Of a stretch of 64,000 bases of DNA, positions 1 to 12,300 are shown one piece after another (positions within the stretch are counted from its first letter, which is position 1; every line of letters starts with the position of its first letter). The translations under genes were made by a program, and so were the position numbers. The notes beneath the pieces were generated by a model. It did no database searches. It was not told where the DNA came from and saw only the letters and a program-made list of their open reading frames with translations. Location: NCBI GenBank assembly GCA_037379345.1, contig CM074512.1, forward strand, positions 36,890,001-36,954,000, read 5' to 3'. The DNA is from Perna viridis. Lineage: Eukaryota.

Positions 1-242
1 GCCTTTGGATTAGGATGAGACAAATGACTACTAAAGCACTGTCATACCATAATACATATCTACAATAATTAATTTTGTTTTGGTCATAAAATGACTGTAG
101 TAAAAAATAAAAGATATAAGACATAAGAAACTTTTTTGCAACAGATATTTTTTTCAATATGGCCTTAATCAACCAAAATACATGTATGAGTTCAATCTGC
201 CCTACAAAACAAAGGAAGTTAAAACTTATTGTTAACACTTAC

Positions 243-283
243 AATGATTTTGGTTAAAACCGCAGCCATATGGGTATCATGTC
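243..283 (-). CDS. RPAP1: RPAP1 coding exon 3
   Basis: 41 nt, encodes (R)HDTHMAAVLTKII, gtaagt donor. Confidence 0.88.
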
Positions 284-1398
284 CTTTAAAAAAAGCATAA
301 AAAGACAATAACATACATGTAGAAATTGTAGAGTTAGACTATAGAAAATAACTTATGTCTTGCTTTTTTATATTTGGCTTATTTCTTTCTAAAACAGATA
401 ATAACATTTTTGAATAACAAATAATTGTACATAAAGTAGTGAAATTTTCTACTTAATGCATGAAAAACTGATCTCTATACACATGTAGATATTTTTTGAC
501 TGGATAGGCAACTTACCATCTATAGCTCCTATATGTACTATAGAAATTTCATTATTTAATGAAAAAAAAAACTTGTTTCTTCATTGGAAAACTTATATTT
601 ACTGTCTATTTCCTCTTCTGGATCAAAATCAGTATTGTGTTTCACTGTCTTTTCCTGAGACTGTTTAAATCTGGATTTTTTTACTGTTTGACCCTCTGGC
701 TGCTCATTAGATGGAAACACTAAAAATTGACATCACAAAAATAGACAATGCCTTAAATAAAAGTACATGTAAATGTGTAATAAGAAATTATACATGTACA
801 TGTAATACATAATGAAGTATGTTTCTTGTATCTTTGCCAGAGAATATTTCCTGTAAATTTATTCTTGGATTAAAGCAATTTTTGCTTTTAATTTTGTCTT
901 TGTGAAATAAAGTTTTGTTTTGATACTAAATTTTGGAAAGACATTATACAAACATCTGTATCAAGATGCATTTTGCTCGTGACCTCTACAATCTTTTTTT
1001 TTCAAAACTGTTCACCAACATGGAATAGATATTCCCAATCTAGTTAAAAATCAGCTGTTAGGATTTGTACACTGCCGAGGGCTCTCTTATGTATAGAGAC
1101 TATATGGAATCTTATAGCTAATGTCAATAAAACTGAAAAAAAATACTACAATATTCTTGAATAAAGTCAACAACATGTACATACATATAATGATTGAACT
1201 ATACATATGTGTATATATGTATGTACCTTCCATCTTAACAACATCTCTCTTTGTTTCAGTTTGATTTCCATCTTCAGATTTCCTTTTATCACCTCTTTTC
1301 ACAATAGTTGCTGACGATTGTGTTTGGTTTGCCAGAAATTCCCTTTGGAATTTCAGTAGGTCATCCTCTGTTTCTCCTGGTTTGGGTCTAGGAAACAT
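243..1398 (-). CDS. RPAP1: RNA polymerase II-associated protein 1, 5' part (coding exons 1398-1227, 719-603, 283-243; continues off the left edge)
   Basis: Spliced translation MFPRPKPGETEDDLLKFQREFL...RDVVKMEVFPSNEQ...DPEEEIDRHDTHMAAVLTKII matches the RPAP1 N-terminus as I recall it (RPKPGE.E.DLL.FQ..FL; RDVV; DPEE...HD.H..AVLTKII). All junctions are GT-AG and phases join (1,1,0). Acceptor at 1427-1426 implies an upstream non-coding exon. Confidence 0.92.
603..719 (-). CDS. RPAP1: RPAP1 coding exon 2
   Basis: tttttag acceptor, gtaaat donor, 117 nt phase 1/1, open frame ending FDPEEEID. Confidence 0.85.
1227..1398 (-). CDS. RPAP1: RPAP1 first coding exon
   Basis: ATG at 1398; donor GAAG|gtacat; 172 nt, ends in phase 1. 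Confidence 0.92.
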
Positions 1399-1855
1399 CT
1401 TCTCACAAATTAAGCTGATCAATGTCTACAATAAAAACAATTCAGTTAAAAGACTTTTCTCCTATTTGTATACACAGTCCAGCTTTTTTATTTGGATATC
1501 AATATGTCGGGTTGGGGTCAGAACAAAGTGTCATACAAAAAATTGGAGATTCAGTGGTAACGCAGAGTAACTGCTTCTAACTACTTTCAAGATAAAACTG
1601 TACACGTCAAACCTACCTAGTTCACATTTCGAATCATTTTCATGTATGCTGATCCCACATTTGCTATAAAAATTACCAATTAATGTACCAGGTTAGAATG
1701 AAAGCTGGGAACATATGCAGTCAGGATTTTCCTGTGATCATTAACTGCCTTTGCATTACTGTCCAGCTTGATTAATCAACTGGTAATAAGTACTGAAATT
1801 TCTACTCATCAATAAATGATATGCTCTGGAAGGGATTGGCATGGTAGTACAAATA

Positions 1856-1900
1856 TTGTTTGTTGGGGTTTAACGTCCGAACAGCAATATTTCAGCTATA
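1856..1900 (-). mobile_element. 5'-truncated SINE/LINE 3' tail insertion
   Basis: Minus strand reads TATAGCTGAAATATTGCTGTTCGGACGTTAAACCCCAACAAAC; related copies at 24966-25020 and 50404-50545; flanked by direct repeat tagtacaaata (1845-1855, 1899-1909). Confidence 0.75.
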
Positions 1901-2509
1901 GTACAAATAAAATTAAATTGAAAAATACTGTGTGCCCTTAAAAAGTTCTGGAAGATGGCATTACACTGTACAATTTCTCGATCCCACTCCCGCAATATCT
2001 TTAAGTCACAAGTTGGACTCAGATTTGATCGGACCAAGCAGCCGGCAACCTGATACACACATGTAAATGCCTAAATTGGGGTTTGGAACTGTTTCTCTGC
2101 ATCGGTTAGGAGCGGTTCAAGTTTCAGCTGCCTCATATCATGTTCCAACTTAAAAAAAATCTTGCACTAGCTTTTTTGTTTCATATGATACCTTAACGTA
2201 TCACAATTTTCAATATGCAGCTGACATCTATAGTTCTTTATGACACAATTGTAAGATTTAAGATTCATTATAACCTTTTGACATACATTTTGACATATCA
2301 TCATACATGAAAATGATTCCGGAATCAAACTAGATAGGTGTGACTTGCACGACTTTAAATTGGAAGTCTTTAGAAGCAGTTGAAAGGTAGTACTCTGCAG
2401 CACTGCTGAATCTCCAACTTTTTGTATAGCACATTGTACTGACTCCAACCCGTCATATCAATATCCAAATAAAAAAGAAGAGGGTTGCATGGTCACAGGA
2501 AATTCGGAC

Positions 2510-2665
2510 TATTGTGAAAATACTATTGTTTGTTGGGTACCAATTTTTGTGGATTTCATGAGTAGGCCAAACCACGAATTTTGGTTCCCAATGAAAAGGA
2601 GATTTTCATTGATGTGTATACTGAAAACCTTCAAACCATGAATGCAAGAATCCATGAACTTGTGT
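2510..2665. repeat. Degraded MITE-like interspersed repeat
   Basis: gggtaccaatttttgtggatttc...aaccacgaatt...aatccatgaa motif set with internal inverted symmetry; related relic near 12440-12650. Confidence 0.45.
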
Positions 2666-3974
2666 TTCTTCCCTAATCAAATTAATCAATCTACTGACCA
2701 GCATGTCGATCTGAATGAAGTTAATATGATGTGTTTTTAAAAAGTTTGGCAAAAAACATGGATGTACATACATGTATCTCTGCTGTCCACTGTTGCTGTT
2801 GTCAAGATCCAAACCTGCCTTGGAAAAAAATATAACTCTAATTGTATTATTCAAAATCAAAGCATAGCTTTACTAAGATAGGAAAGACAATCATTTTCTG
2901 TTGGGAATTAGCAGCTCTCAGTTGTGTCTGAATTTTGTTTACGTCAAATGATAAGTGTAAAATATTCCCATCATCTGTGGAGAACTGCAATATTTCCAGT
3001 ATCTGTACAAATTAATCTGATCCGCCAAAACTGAAAAGGATGTTGCTAGATATGCAAAGAAGGGTTAAAAATTGTAAAGTATGGTGAAGTGCTACAAAGT
3101 TATTGATCATTTTGAAAGCAAGGGGAAAAGGGGGGATGTGGGTGGGATTTTGGAAAAAACATTTTTTTTTCATTCATAGAAAAAAAAATTCCCCACATTA
3201 TTTAACAAGGCAGATTTACACATATATAATATTTTGATTTCTTTTGCTGCTGAAATATAAATAAAAATACTGCACTTGCAGAACAAAAATCTCATCAGAC
3301 TCCCACCCCTTTACACAAAAAGGGTTTTTAATGTCCATTACTATATTTACGAGTTACGTACAGATGGTACAAGCATGTTAAAGTTCATGTTGCTCGATGA
3401 TATAGGCAATGCCTTCTCCATATTAAATAGGGAATATCTCAAAACATTATACCAAATTAGTTCATTTCCGCACTCTCTGCAGAGAGTAATCAAGGGAACC
3501 AAGGTTATAGCTGTAATCAAAAGAATGTAATCCAGGGACAAAGACCAGACATGGAAAACAGACACACAACAAAGAACATAAAGTAACTAAAATCATACAG
3601 AAACAGCATAAGTCAGGCCAGTTTTTGATATAAATTTACATATAAATAATGCAACACACATCTAAGGGATGCTATGCCTTAAAATTCTTAAATATACACA
3701 GGTCTGCCTGTAGTCTAACGGAAAATTGAGCTTTTACTGAGGCCATATTTGTCGAAAGGCAATGATGAACCTTAGAAAATAAAAATAAAATAAAATAAAA
3801 TAAGAACTGTCACTGAATATAATTTGCTCTTCCTTTATTTCAAATGATTGAACCTTTTCATTTTCACATGGTACAATTTTTTAATGGGACACATGTCCCT
3901 TAAATTCATTTTTGTGCTTACGCATCAATGAATATGTTAACTGAGGTTCATTTCTCTATATTGTGAATTTTCAT

Positions 3975-4070
3975 AGGCGCAGACATATTACCGGAAGCGG
4001 AACTTCTGATAGAGTAATTCTACTTCCGACTCGCGTGTCTTAGCAACTAAGAAGCCGAAGGAGGGTAAAA
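3975..4070. promoter_or_regulatory. Candidate bidirectional RPAP1/TCTE1 promoter with ETS sites and RFX X-box
   Basis: Conspicuous local CpG-dense patch between two divergent genes. CCGGAAG at 3991-3997, ACTTCCG at 4022-4028, X-box-like GTGTCTTAGCAAC at 4035-4047. Outward-facing donor-like sites on each side (minus CCG|gtaata near 3991; plus GG|gtaaaa near 4065). Confidence 0.6.
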
Positions 4071-5375
4071 TTTCAAACAGCAAATCGATTTATACATTTA
4101 GTAAGACAATGATAACATTTATTCGAAAAAGGGCACTTCTTAACAAAATCACTGTTAATACTCACAACAAAAGTCTGCCTCTTTTATGTCTCTTTTCGAC
4201 TTTTGAAATGCTCTACAGCCAGACTACAAGTCTGATTGAGTCTGAGGTCAGTGAGGACCATACGTGTATTTGTCTGCATACATTTACTTCAGTCAGTGTC
4301 TTGTTTCGATTTTTATTTTGTTGTGTCTAATGTGTTAATTTTAATCATTTGATGAATTAAAATGTCCTTAATTGTGTAAAATGGGATGCCAGTTATTAAA
4401 GTTTGTTATTTACACAAGGTTTGGAATGCTTTGGGTTCAGTTCCACAAGTGTCCATGTTCCTTGACACCAAATGTAGCCAAATAGGGTAATTTACTGTAA
4501 TTGAACAAAAATGTAAGACTTGTTTTGGGTCCAAGCTATCTGCCCTTTTTGCAGCAGCATTATATGAATTTATGGACAAATCCTGAAGATAAATAGGAAT
4601 AGACTATACTTACAGCTACTCAGACACTATTCTTGTGTATATATTTTTGTTTCTATGCTTAAATTTAAAAAGATTTTGATGTAATATTACAAAAAGTCTC
4701 TAATATTAGAAAGGTGTGTAACATGTGGCCTATTGCATATGTTGTTTATACTCGCAAGCGTTTCAAGTGAAACCTTAAACTCTCCTATAAAAGAAACAAA
4801 AGTTCATATCCTAAAAATTAGTCTCAGATTGTTTGGATCAATTTAGTAAGAAATTACACAGGGTTCGTTGTAGTGTCATTATATCTTGGAAGTTGGAAAG
4901 AATTCATGAGCTAGAACCCACTTTTCAGCCACTGTGCGGAATTTTTTTGAACCCAGACATACATGAAGTATACATTGTATCTGCTTCTTAATTTTCACAT
5001 TACCATTTAGGGGCTTAAATTAGGCATTTTAAAACTATCTTGCAATAATTTCTGAACTTGCAAAGTCACAATTCAAATATGTTCAACAATATTACCATAC
5101 ATCATGAATTCTAAACTCTGAAACATCTTATCTGCCCTGGGATGTAAATGTACAATCAATCTATCAATAAATGGATACATATTGGATATGCATATTATAT
5201 GATGTTGGCTCATTCCTTAAATTCATTAGGGAATTTTTTAGTCCAAGCTAATTATTTGCAATGGTAACACATTACTGTTCAGTTTATATTGTATTTTAGA
5301 AGTTAAAAGTATTTAGAATGTGGCCTCTAGAAATGAATTTCTCAAATATTGTTTTTCTTTTCTATAGTTTGAAAA

Positions 5376-5691
5376 ATGTCTGAACCAGCCGTTGATGCAC
5401 CTGGAGATGATAAGACCGAAGATGATGCAAAGAGTACAAAAAGTGGCCAGAAAAGTCAGGCTGGTTCAAAACAGCCCTCCAGAGCTGGTTCTGCCCAGTC
5501 TGGTAAGAGTGGAAAAAGTAGTGGAAAACCTGCAATGGCAGCTACACCTGCTGGATCAGTAATGGGAGATAATCCTGCTGCTGATTGGAGACAGATGAGA
5601 AGAATTATTGCTGAGGATCCAGCATACTCTCTCGCTACTGTGCCTTTGATGGTAGACCTTTGTATCAAACATATTGTGAAAAATTTTGAAA
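5376..5691 (+). CDS. TCTE1: TCTE1 coding exon 1
   Basis: Acceptor at 5366-5367, ATG 5376, donor A|gtaagt at 5692. Confidence 0.93.
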
Positions 5692-8507
5692 GTAAGTTTT
5701 CTATAATGAAACATCATTGACCAATTATTTTGTATGGTAACAGTTCATGCATTATATTTTTGGATTCAGAAAGACAGAATAAAAGTTGAAATGGTAGAAA
5801 CCAATAGAAAATTACTTCATAATATCAGTACTTATTTATGTACTTTAGGATTTTTAGTGATATGAGGTTACAGTAGAGAATGTAGGATAGTTGTCACCAC
5901 AAATTTAAAAACTCATACTGTAAAAGTTTTAAATTTTGGGGCAGCAAATTTTCAGGTTTCTGAAAAGTCAACATGCTTGCGGATATTAATTTTCGCGGTT
6001 CTCAACGTTGAAGAAATAAAGTTTTTGAATAGTCTCAGCAGTGTGTAATCTCTCTTTTGATCAGTAATTTTACCATTAATATTTTAATAGAATTAATGAT
6101 AGCCGTTAATACAACGTTAACAAATTGACAGGTCCACATAGTTTCCTACGGCCATTTTAATCTAACAATGTATTCTTAATTAAAATTCAAAAGAACTCAC
6201 TTAATTGCCCAAGCCGTAGCTCATTGTAGGGATTAAATTTTGACACTTTAATTGCATGTTTACAGATTAACTTTTTATTGACAGTTCTAAGCGTGTGTAT
6301 TTAACAGAAGTTTTTTATCTGTGATTACCTGTAGTGTGTGTTTAACACTTACATTTTGTTCTTTTTGTGAATAAAATGTCTGAACAATATTTATTTCTTT
6401 TCTTTAATGTGACAGGTACTCTTTGGCCATTGATATAAATATGTAACCGTGTGCTTTTACCGCTTACATTTTTATAATAAATTTAGTATAAATTCATACT
6501 TGATTGCATCGAATGATATGACCTTTACAAAAAAGGACTTTTCTATTCAAAATTGTGGAAACCATGATCAAACGACTTGGTAATATGAATATATTTTCGC
6601 AGGTACTAATTTTCACAATTTTGAGGCAACTGTGAAAGTATAAAAAATTAGTACACAGCGAAAATTAATACGTTTACAGTATTTAAGAAATTCAGCACAA
6701 TTTTTTTGATGTCTGAGTATTTAAAGTTACATTTTGTCAATTGATGAATTTGCAAAATTGATTGTGTGCAATAATTATTGAAGTTACAGTTGATTATATA
6801 TTTTTATGTTTAATTTATGTTTAATACATGTATTATCTGTCATCTTTAATGAATACTTCATGGTTGTATTGAATATTTCAGACAATTCCAGCATTTTGAA
6901 TGACCTACCACTGAAGTACAAAGCCAGTGTACTGGAGAAGATATCAACAGATATTCCACTGAAAATCACTGCCAACCTAGTCCAAGAGCAGGACTACTGG
7001 CAGAGGTGCTGCAGAGCTCGTTGGGAAATCTGTGATGTTTCTCAGTATGGGAATGACTGGAAAAGAATGTACTTTGAAAGAAATCTTCAACAAATAATTG
7101 AACACTTTGTGCCGGAGACTACAGACCCAACTCAACTTAATGAAACACTACCTTTATCTGCTAATTATGTCAAAAAGATGGATATTCAACAGTTACTTCC
7201 TCCTGTTCGTGAAGCACCTAAAGGTCCTGATTTTGATGATGCCTCAGATGCTGGTAGTGATGCTGGGGATGAGCCTGAATGTGATCACTTCAACTTTGCA
7301 CCAGTTTTGAAGCAACTTACAAATTTAGAAGAATTACATTTGACATATGGTGTGAGTGATTGTGGAATGAACTTTGAATGGAACTTGTTTAAATTTACAG
7401 CCAGAGACTGCTTACAACTGGCTCAATGTGTTGCTGCTTGTAAACACTTGAAAGTTTTCCACCTCCATCGTAGTACTCTTGATGATGACAAGACCAGAGT
7501 CCTTATTAGTCACATTCTGGACCACCCAAGCCTCACAACATTAGATCTCTCTCACAATACAATCAGTGACAGAGGGGCAAGAGCAATTGGAAAGTTCTTA
7601 AACAACCGTAGCCAGCTGGTCAATTTAAATTTATGTGACAATGACATTAAAGTGCTAGGAGCTCAAGCTATCGCCCATGCGCTGACAAAAAATACAACCT
7701 TACAAAGTTTGAATCTAAGATTAAACAGACTAGGAGATGAGGGAGCATCTGCCATTTCTAGGGCCTTGCAGAGGAACTCAACATTACAAAAAATCAACCT
7801 TGGAAGTAATGAGTTTGGTGAAGCTACTGCTCCATTCCTACAAGAAGTGATCATGCAGAATACTACACTGAAGTCAATGGATTTGTCATGCAATAAACTA
7901 GGACCAGTAAGTAACCCATCTTATTTCTCCTTATCAATAAAGGTAGTTTCATTTTGTATTTGATGGCAAAACATATGTTCTCTTCAAATTGTTATTACCT
8001 AATACTTGTACTTTTTTTATATATGCAATTTTAAAATATACATAAATGCATATAAATACAGTACTTGTGAAACATGGTGCAAGGTCACTTGAATCATAAT
8101 GAATCAAGAAATTGAATTTGACTTGTTGTTGATAGACCTCACATCATGCAATCATAAAGAAAACAACATCAGTAAAAGATCAAAATTCTGATTCCTATGA
8201 ATGAGTCATTTCCCATTATCAGGTAGTGTTTGAAAAAAGTTTTGATTAACAATTTCTTGTTTTTTAGGAGGGTGGAAAGCAGATTCAAGAAGGAATGGAA
8301 GTAAATACCACCATTACACAGATGGATCTGCGTATTACAGAATGTGGCCAAGAGGCAGAATACTGTATCCAACAGATACTTCATCGTAACAAAGAGACTG
8401 AGAGACAGAGTAAAATCCAGGACAATACACCATCAGTTTGGAAACGACTTCCACCACAAGCTGCCCATAGATTTAAGCACCAAAACCCTACTATTGTTGT
8501 ATCCTAA
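5376..8507 (+). CDS. TCTE1: T-complex-associated testis-expressed protein 1 / dynein regulatory complex subunit 5 (exons 5376-5691, 6882-7906, 8268-8507; 526 aa)
   Basis: Hallmark MRRIIAEDP.YSL..VP...LCI.HIV.NF, YWQRCC..RW..CDVS.YG..WKRMYFE, CGMNFEWNLF.FT..DC, followed by RI-like LRRs and MDLRITECGQE. GT-AG junctions in phase 1 and 0; total 1581 nt ending in TAA. Confidence 0.95.
5918..6679. mobile_element. Non-autonomous DNA transposon (TA-flanked, Tc1/mariner-like) in TCTE1 intron
   Basis: Imperfect TIRs ctgtaaaagttttaaatttt / reverse complement ctgtaaacgtattaattttc; TA on both sides (5916-5917, 6680-6681); no ORF. Confidence 0.7.
6882..7906 (+). CDS. TCTE1: TCTE1 coding exon 2 (LRR region)
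   Basis: tttcag acceptor, donor CCA|gtaagt at 7907; lies inside the 385-aa ORF. Confidence 0.95.
8268..8507 (+). CDS. TCTE1: TCTE1 coding exon 3
   Basis: ttttag acceptor, phase 0, EGGKQIQEGMEVNTT... to TAA; ATTAAA at 8600-8605 with U-rich downstream tract is a candidate polyA signal. Confidence 0.92.
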   Translation, partial: EGGKQIQEGMEVNTTITQMDLRITECGQEAEYCIQQILHRNKETERQSKIQDNTPSVWKRLPPQAAHRFKHQNPTIVVS

Positions 8508-9187
8508 TGGATGTTATGAAGAACAATTGCTGACATCAATTGATTTATTTAAATGGTTGTAAATAGAAGAAAATAATGTTGTATTGTTGAAACACAAATA
8601 TTAAAAACATGTATTGATTCCTTTTTTCTCATTTTACATTGTGGCTTCTTTTAACTGGTAAATTTAACAGACTTTTTTAGCATGATGGAATGAAAAATTA
8701 CTGTTCGGTATATCTTACAGGAAACATTAACATGAAACCTGTCAACTACAATTCAGCAATTAAGTGTCAGTCCCTGTAAGAATCAGGCAGTAAAACATGG
8801 TATAATAAAAGTCCATCATTTTGATAGTGTAATTTGACTATTTGCACCATCAGAATCAAGGTAAACAGAAAAGATTTTCCATATCATGAGAAAAATGGGT
8901 AAATAAAAAAAAATCCTGACCTACCAACCCATTTTTTTTCCTAACATGTAGGTTAAAGTACAGGTACATTGTAAGTATGAACATCAAAAATGTTCAAAAT
9001 TTGTCCCAAATGTTAGCAATAAGAAAATATTCCAAAGCAAAGTGATTAGTAGTTTCACAATAGGGTGCATTAATACATGTATAAATTGTTGAACAGATGT
9101 CAGTATTTAGTACAGGAAGACTTATTTGAAAGTTCAATTGTTGGCATCTTCTTTCTCCAACCTTGGAAGGTAGAAACTGTGCTCACT

Positions 9188-9327
9188 AGTATAAAGTGAC
9201 AGAAGTCATTGTCAGTGTAAAAGTGACAGGAGTCATTGTCAGAGTATAAAGTGACATAAATCATTGTCAGAGTAAAAGTGACAGAAGTCATTGTCAGAGA
9301 ATAAAATGACAGAAGTCATTGTCAGAG
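9188..9327. repeat. Minisatellite, about 5 copies of a 27-28 bp unit
   Basis: Unit agtataaagtgacagaagtcattgtcag repeated with small variants. Confidence 0.9.
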
Positions 9328-12300
9328 ATCATTTGGGCTTTGTGTTTAGATAATGCAGTTGTTGCTGTACAGAGATTCAGCATTTTGGTTCAAGGTTTGA
9401 AATCAATTTTCTCTTACAAAACATCACTAATTCCCCAAAATCATGAAATTAAGATCATATTTGGATGGACAACATAAATACAACTTAAACTTTATTCTTT
9501 TAACCAAGGAAGAAAAAAATAGTTGTTATTATAGACAGGGGTAATTTTTTAGAAATGCACTTATTTTTTATTTTTGTAATATATTTTAAAATTAGCTTTT
9601 TTCTATGGTTTTTAAAATTGTCAATAATACAAATAAAATTTAAATGATTTATATCATAGGAATCAACAAACAATACTGCATCAAACTAGGCCAGTTAAGT
9701 ACTTTAAGGTATCGTTTTTCACAGAGGAGGAAAATATTTGAACAAAAAAAAATTAACAAAAAACTTGTTTGAACAACAGTTTCCTCCCTTTTTCAATAGA
9801 AAATCAAATGAGAAACAAAATGGTGCATGCAAACTTCATACTAAGAAAACCCCCACTCAACCATTTATGTCAAGTTGTACGGTAAACTGAAATAAAAAAG
9901 GGAGGAATGTGGAAAGAAGGAACATGATACAGGTCATCAAGAAAAAATCTTATCTACAATAGAACCTGAGAATTCCTAAACAAAAGTTTCCATAAAGCAT
10001 CACCTATTAAAAAAATGTTAAGTCGTATGGTGAACAGGAAGTAGATCAATGAGGAACCTGGAAATGGGGTTGCTGTACAAATCATTATGCAAAAAGCAAT
10101 ATCTAAGCATTCCTTCAAATAGATGCTGCAAATTCAGTTTAAGAAAATTGAAAGGAATAGTTCATGGACGGACAGACGCAATATAGCTCATTAGCGTGCA
10201 AGTATAATTATGTCTTCCTATGAAGTTTCCAATTGATTTAGGATATTAGGATACATTCCAGCAAATAAGTTAGGAATTTTTCCACTTATTGATTTCAGTT
10301 TAATTACGATCTTTTTTTCTTCTAGAAAAGAAAAGGTATATTTATATATGAGTTCTGTAAATTTGTTATAATCTTTATTTTCAACATATTTGTTAAAATT
10401 TGTTAAAGGTGATAATTCATCTTTAGTTATTGCCAAACATAGAAAATAAATGACTCACATTACAATAAAATATTTACTATGTTCACTGACACAGTTCTGA
10501 ATTTGGATTGTAATTAAATGATTGACAAAGTATAGGTTTCTGATATTGATCCTTTAGAACTTCTGCTATCTTATAATATAAATAAGTTCTTGTCCTTTGC
10601 AAGAAGATTCAGGTCTGAGAGTTTCTAGATTCTGCTTCTACTTCTTAACTCACTGATGTGACTTTTATCCCATGTAGTTACATAGTTTAGTCCCTAAATG
10701 GGTACTCCAGACAGATGTTAACAAGGCCTAAATATTCTGGATATTTGGTCTATACATCAAAGTTTTTTGTGAAGTTGTGGATGTTCATTGACACTGAAAC
10801 TCATCTGTGTGTTTGTTTTTCTTTCCTCTTGGCAATTATTATGGTTGTTATAATAGTATTTGTCCTTGTGCAATTAAATTGGATCTATTTTTTTTATTTC
10901 ACTAGATCCCATTAAGAGGATGTTCATGTAAAAATCAGGCAGATCCTATGATATGGTTGGCCTAGGATAAATTTTATCCCACTGAATTTTTTGTTCCAGT
11001 AAAATGTTTACATCATATGTGTGCCAAATGTCAAAAAGATTTTTTTAAAGCCACAATGAATGAATCGGAAAACAATTTTAAAGTTCGCTAACAAAGCAAC
11101 CAAAGTTCATACAAAAAATAAAGAATTATCTCCCTTACAATGAATGTCAATGCCTTCTATGTATTTGTTTCACTTTACTTGTTGCAATTTATCAAAAACC
11201 AATATTCAACTTTGAGAAAAGATGCATTTGTAATATGAAATGGATGATATTTTTTTTAAACAAACTCTGTCATGCGCAACCCACTGCCTGGTTTTTGCAT
11301 GGACACCATCTTCAATAGTAGAATGATTTTAGTATGAAAGTTTTTAAAAGCTATGGTTCAATCAACATTTACCAACACTAGTGATTTCAAAATGACAACA
11401 CATGATATTTTCTAGACATATTTATTATAATCATTGCAAAGACAGCCCAAAATGACTATGGGATGGATATCTGGTTTGAGCAAGCACAAATAATACATCT
11501 ACATAGTGTTAAACTCCTAACAAGAATGTGAACAGAAAGCTACAACCTAAAAATCCTGGACCAACAAAACCAGGACAACCTGTCTCTACAGTCAAGACAA
11601 ATTTATAGCATGGATATGATTTTTAGATGAAATAAAAACACATCTTTATAAAAGTACCTGTTATATAAAAGTTGAAATTAACTGAACTTCTACTCTATAA
11701 AAAAAACTAACTTTATACTTGGTGGTCCATGTAATACTGTAATTCTTTTTAAAAATATACTTAAAATTCCAAAAATTGAATTCTAAAACACTCTATAAGT
11801 ATTCAAGTGGTACAAATTTAAGAACCACAATCCATTGATTAAATGCAGGTCTGTTTTCCATTTTACAACATAATAAAGGGGAAGTTTTGATAAAATGAAA
11901 TTACATAGAATAAATTATAAATTACCAAATTCTCTAACATGAAACTATGCCAGGACACATAGGAATGACAGTTAAAGGTTTCATAATTTTAAGAATGCCA
12001 GGTAAAGTAAAGGAATATATGCATCATGCACATTATTGTTTCTCTCTGTCATATCTTAAGAAACTTTAAACATATAAATATAGGTAACAATGAAAGAACT
12101 AAAACTAGCCTATTTATTTGTCCTTTGTTCTTCTCAAAAAATACATTTTACAGATAAAAAGGTGAAATAATAAATCATTATAAAACTATTTTTTCTCCAA
12201 AAACTAAAAATTGTCTTTCAAACTGTTTAAGTATAATGTTTTTTTGGGACACTAGTTTCATCTTAAAATTTTAAGAATTTTTTTTCCCCATGTGATTCTG

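Noticed and set aside
5456-7893. Antisense and off-frame ORFs over TCTE1 exons
   Set aside because: Shadow ORFs of real coding sequence
9100-9291. 63-aa ORF
   Set aside because: Translation of the minisatellite
9188-9327. CRISPR-like appearance of hairpin repeats
   Set aside because: No unique spacers, no cas genes, eukaryotic context
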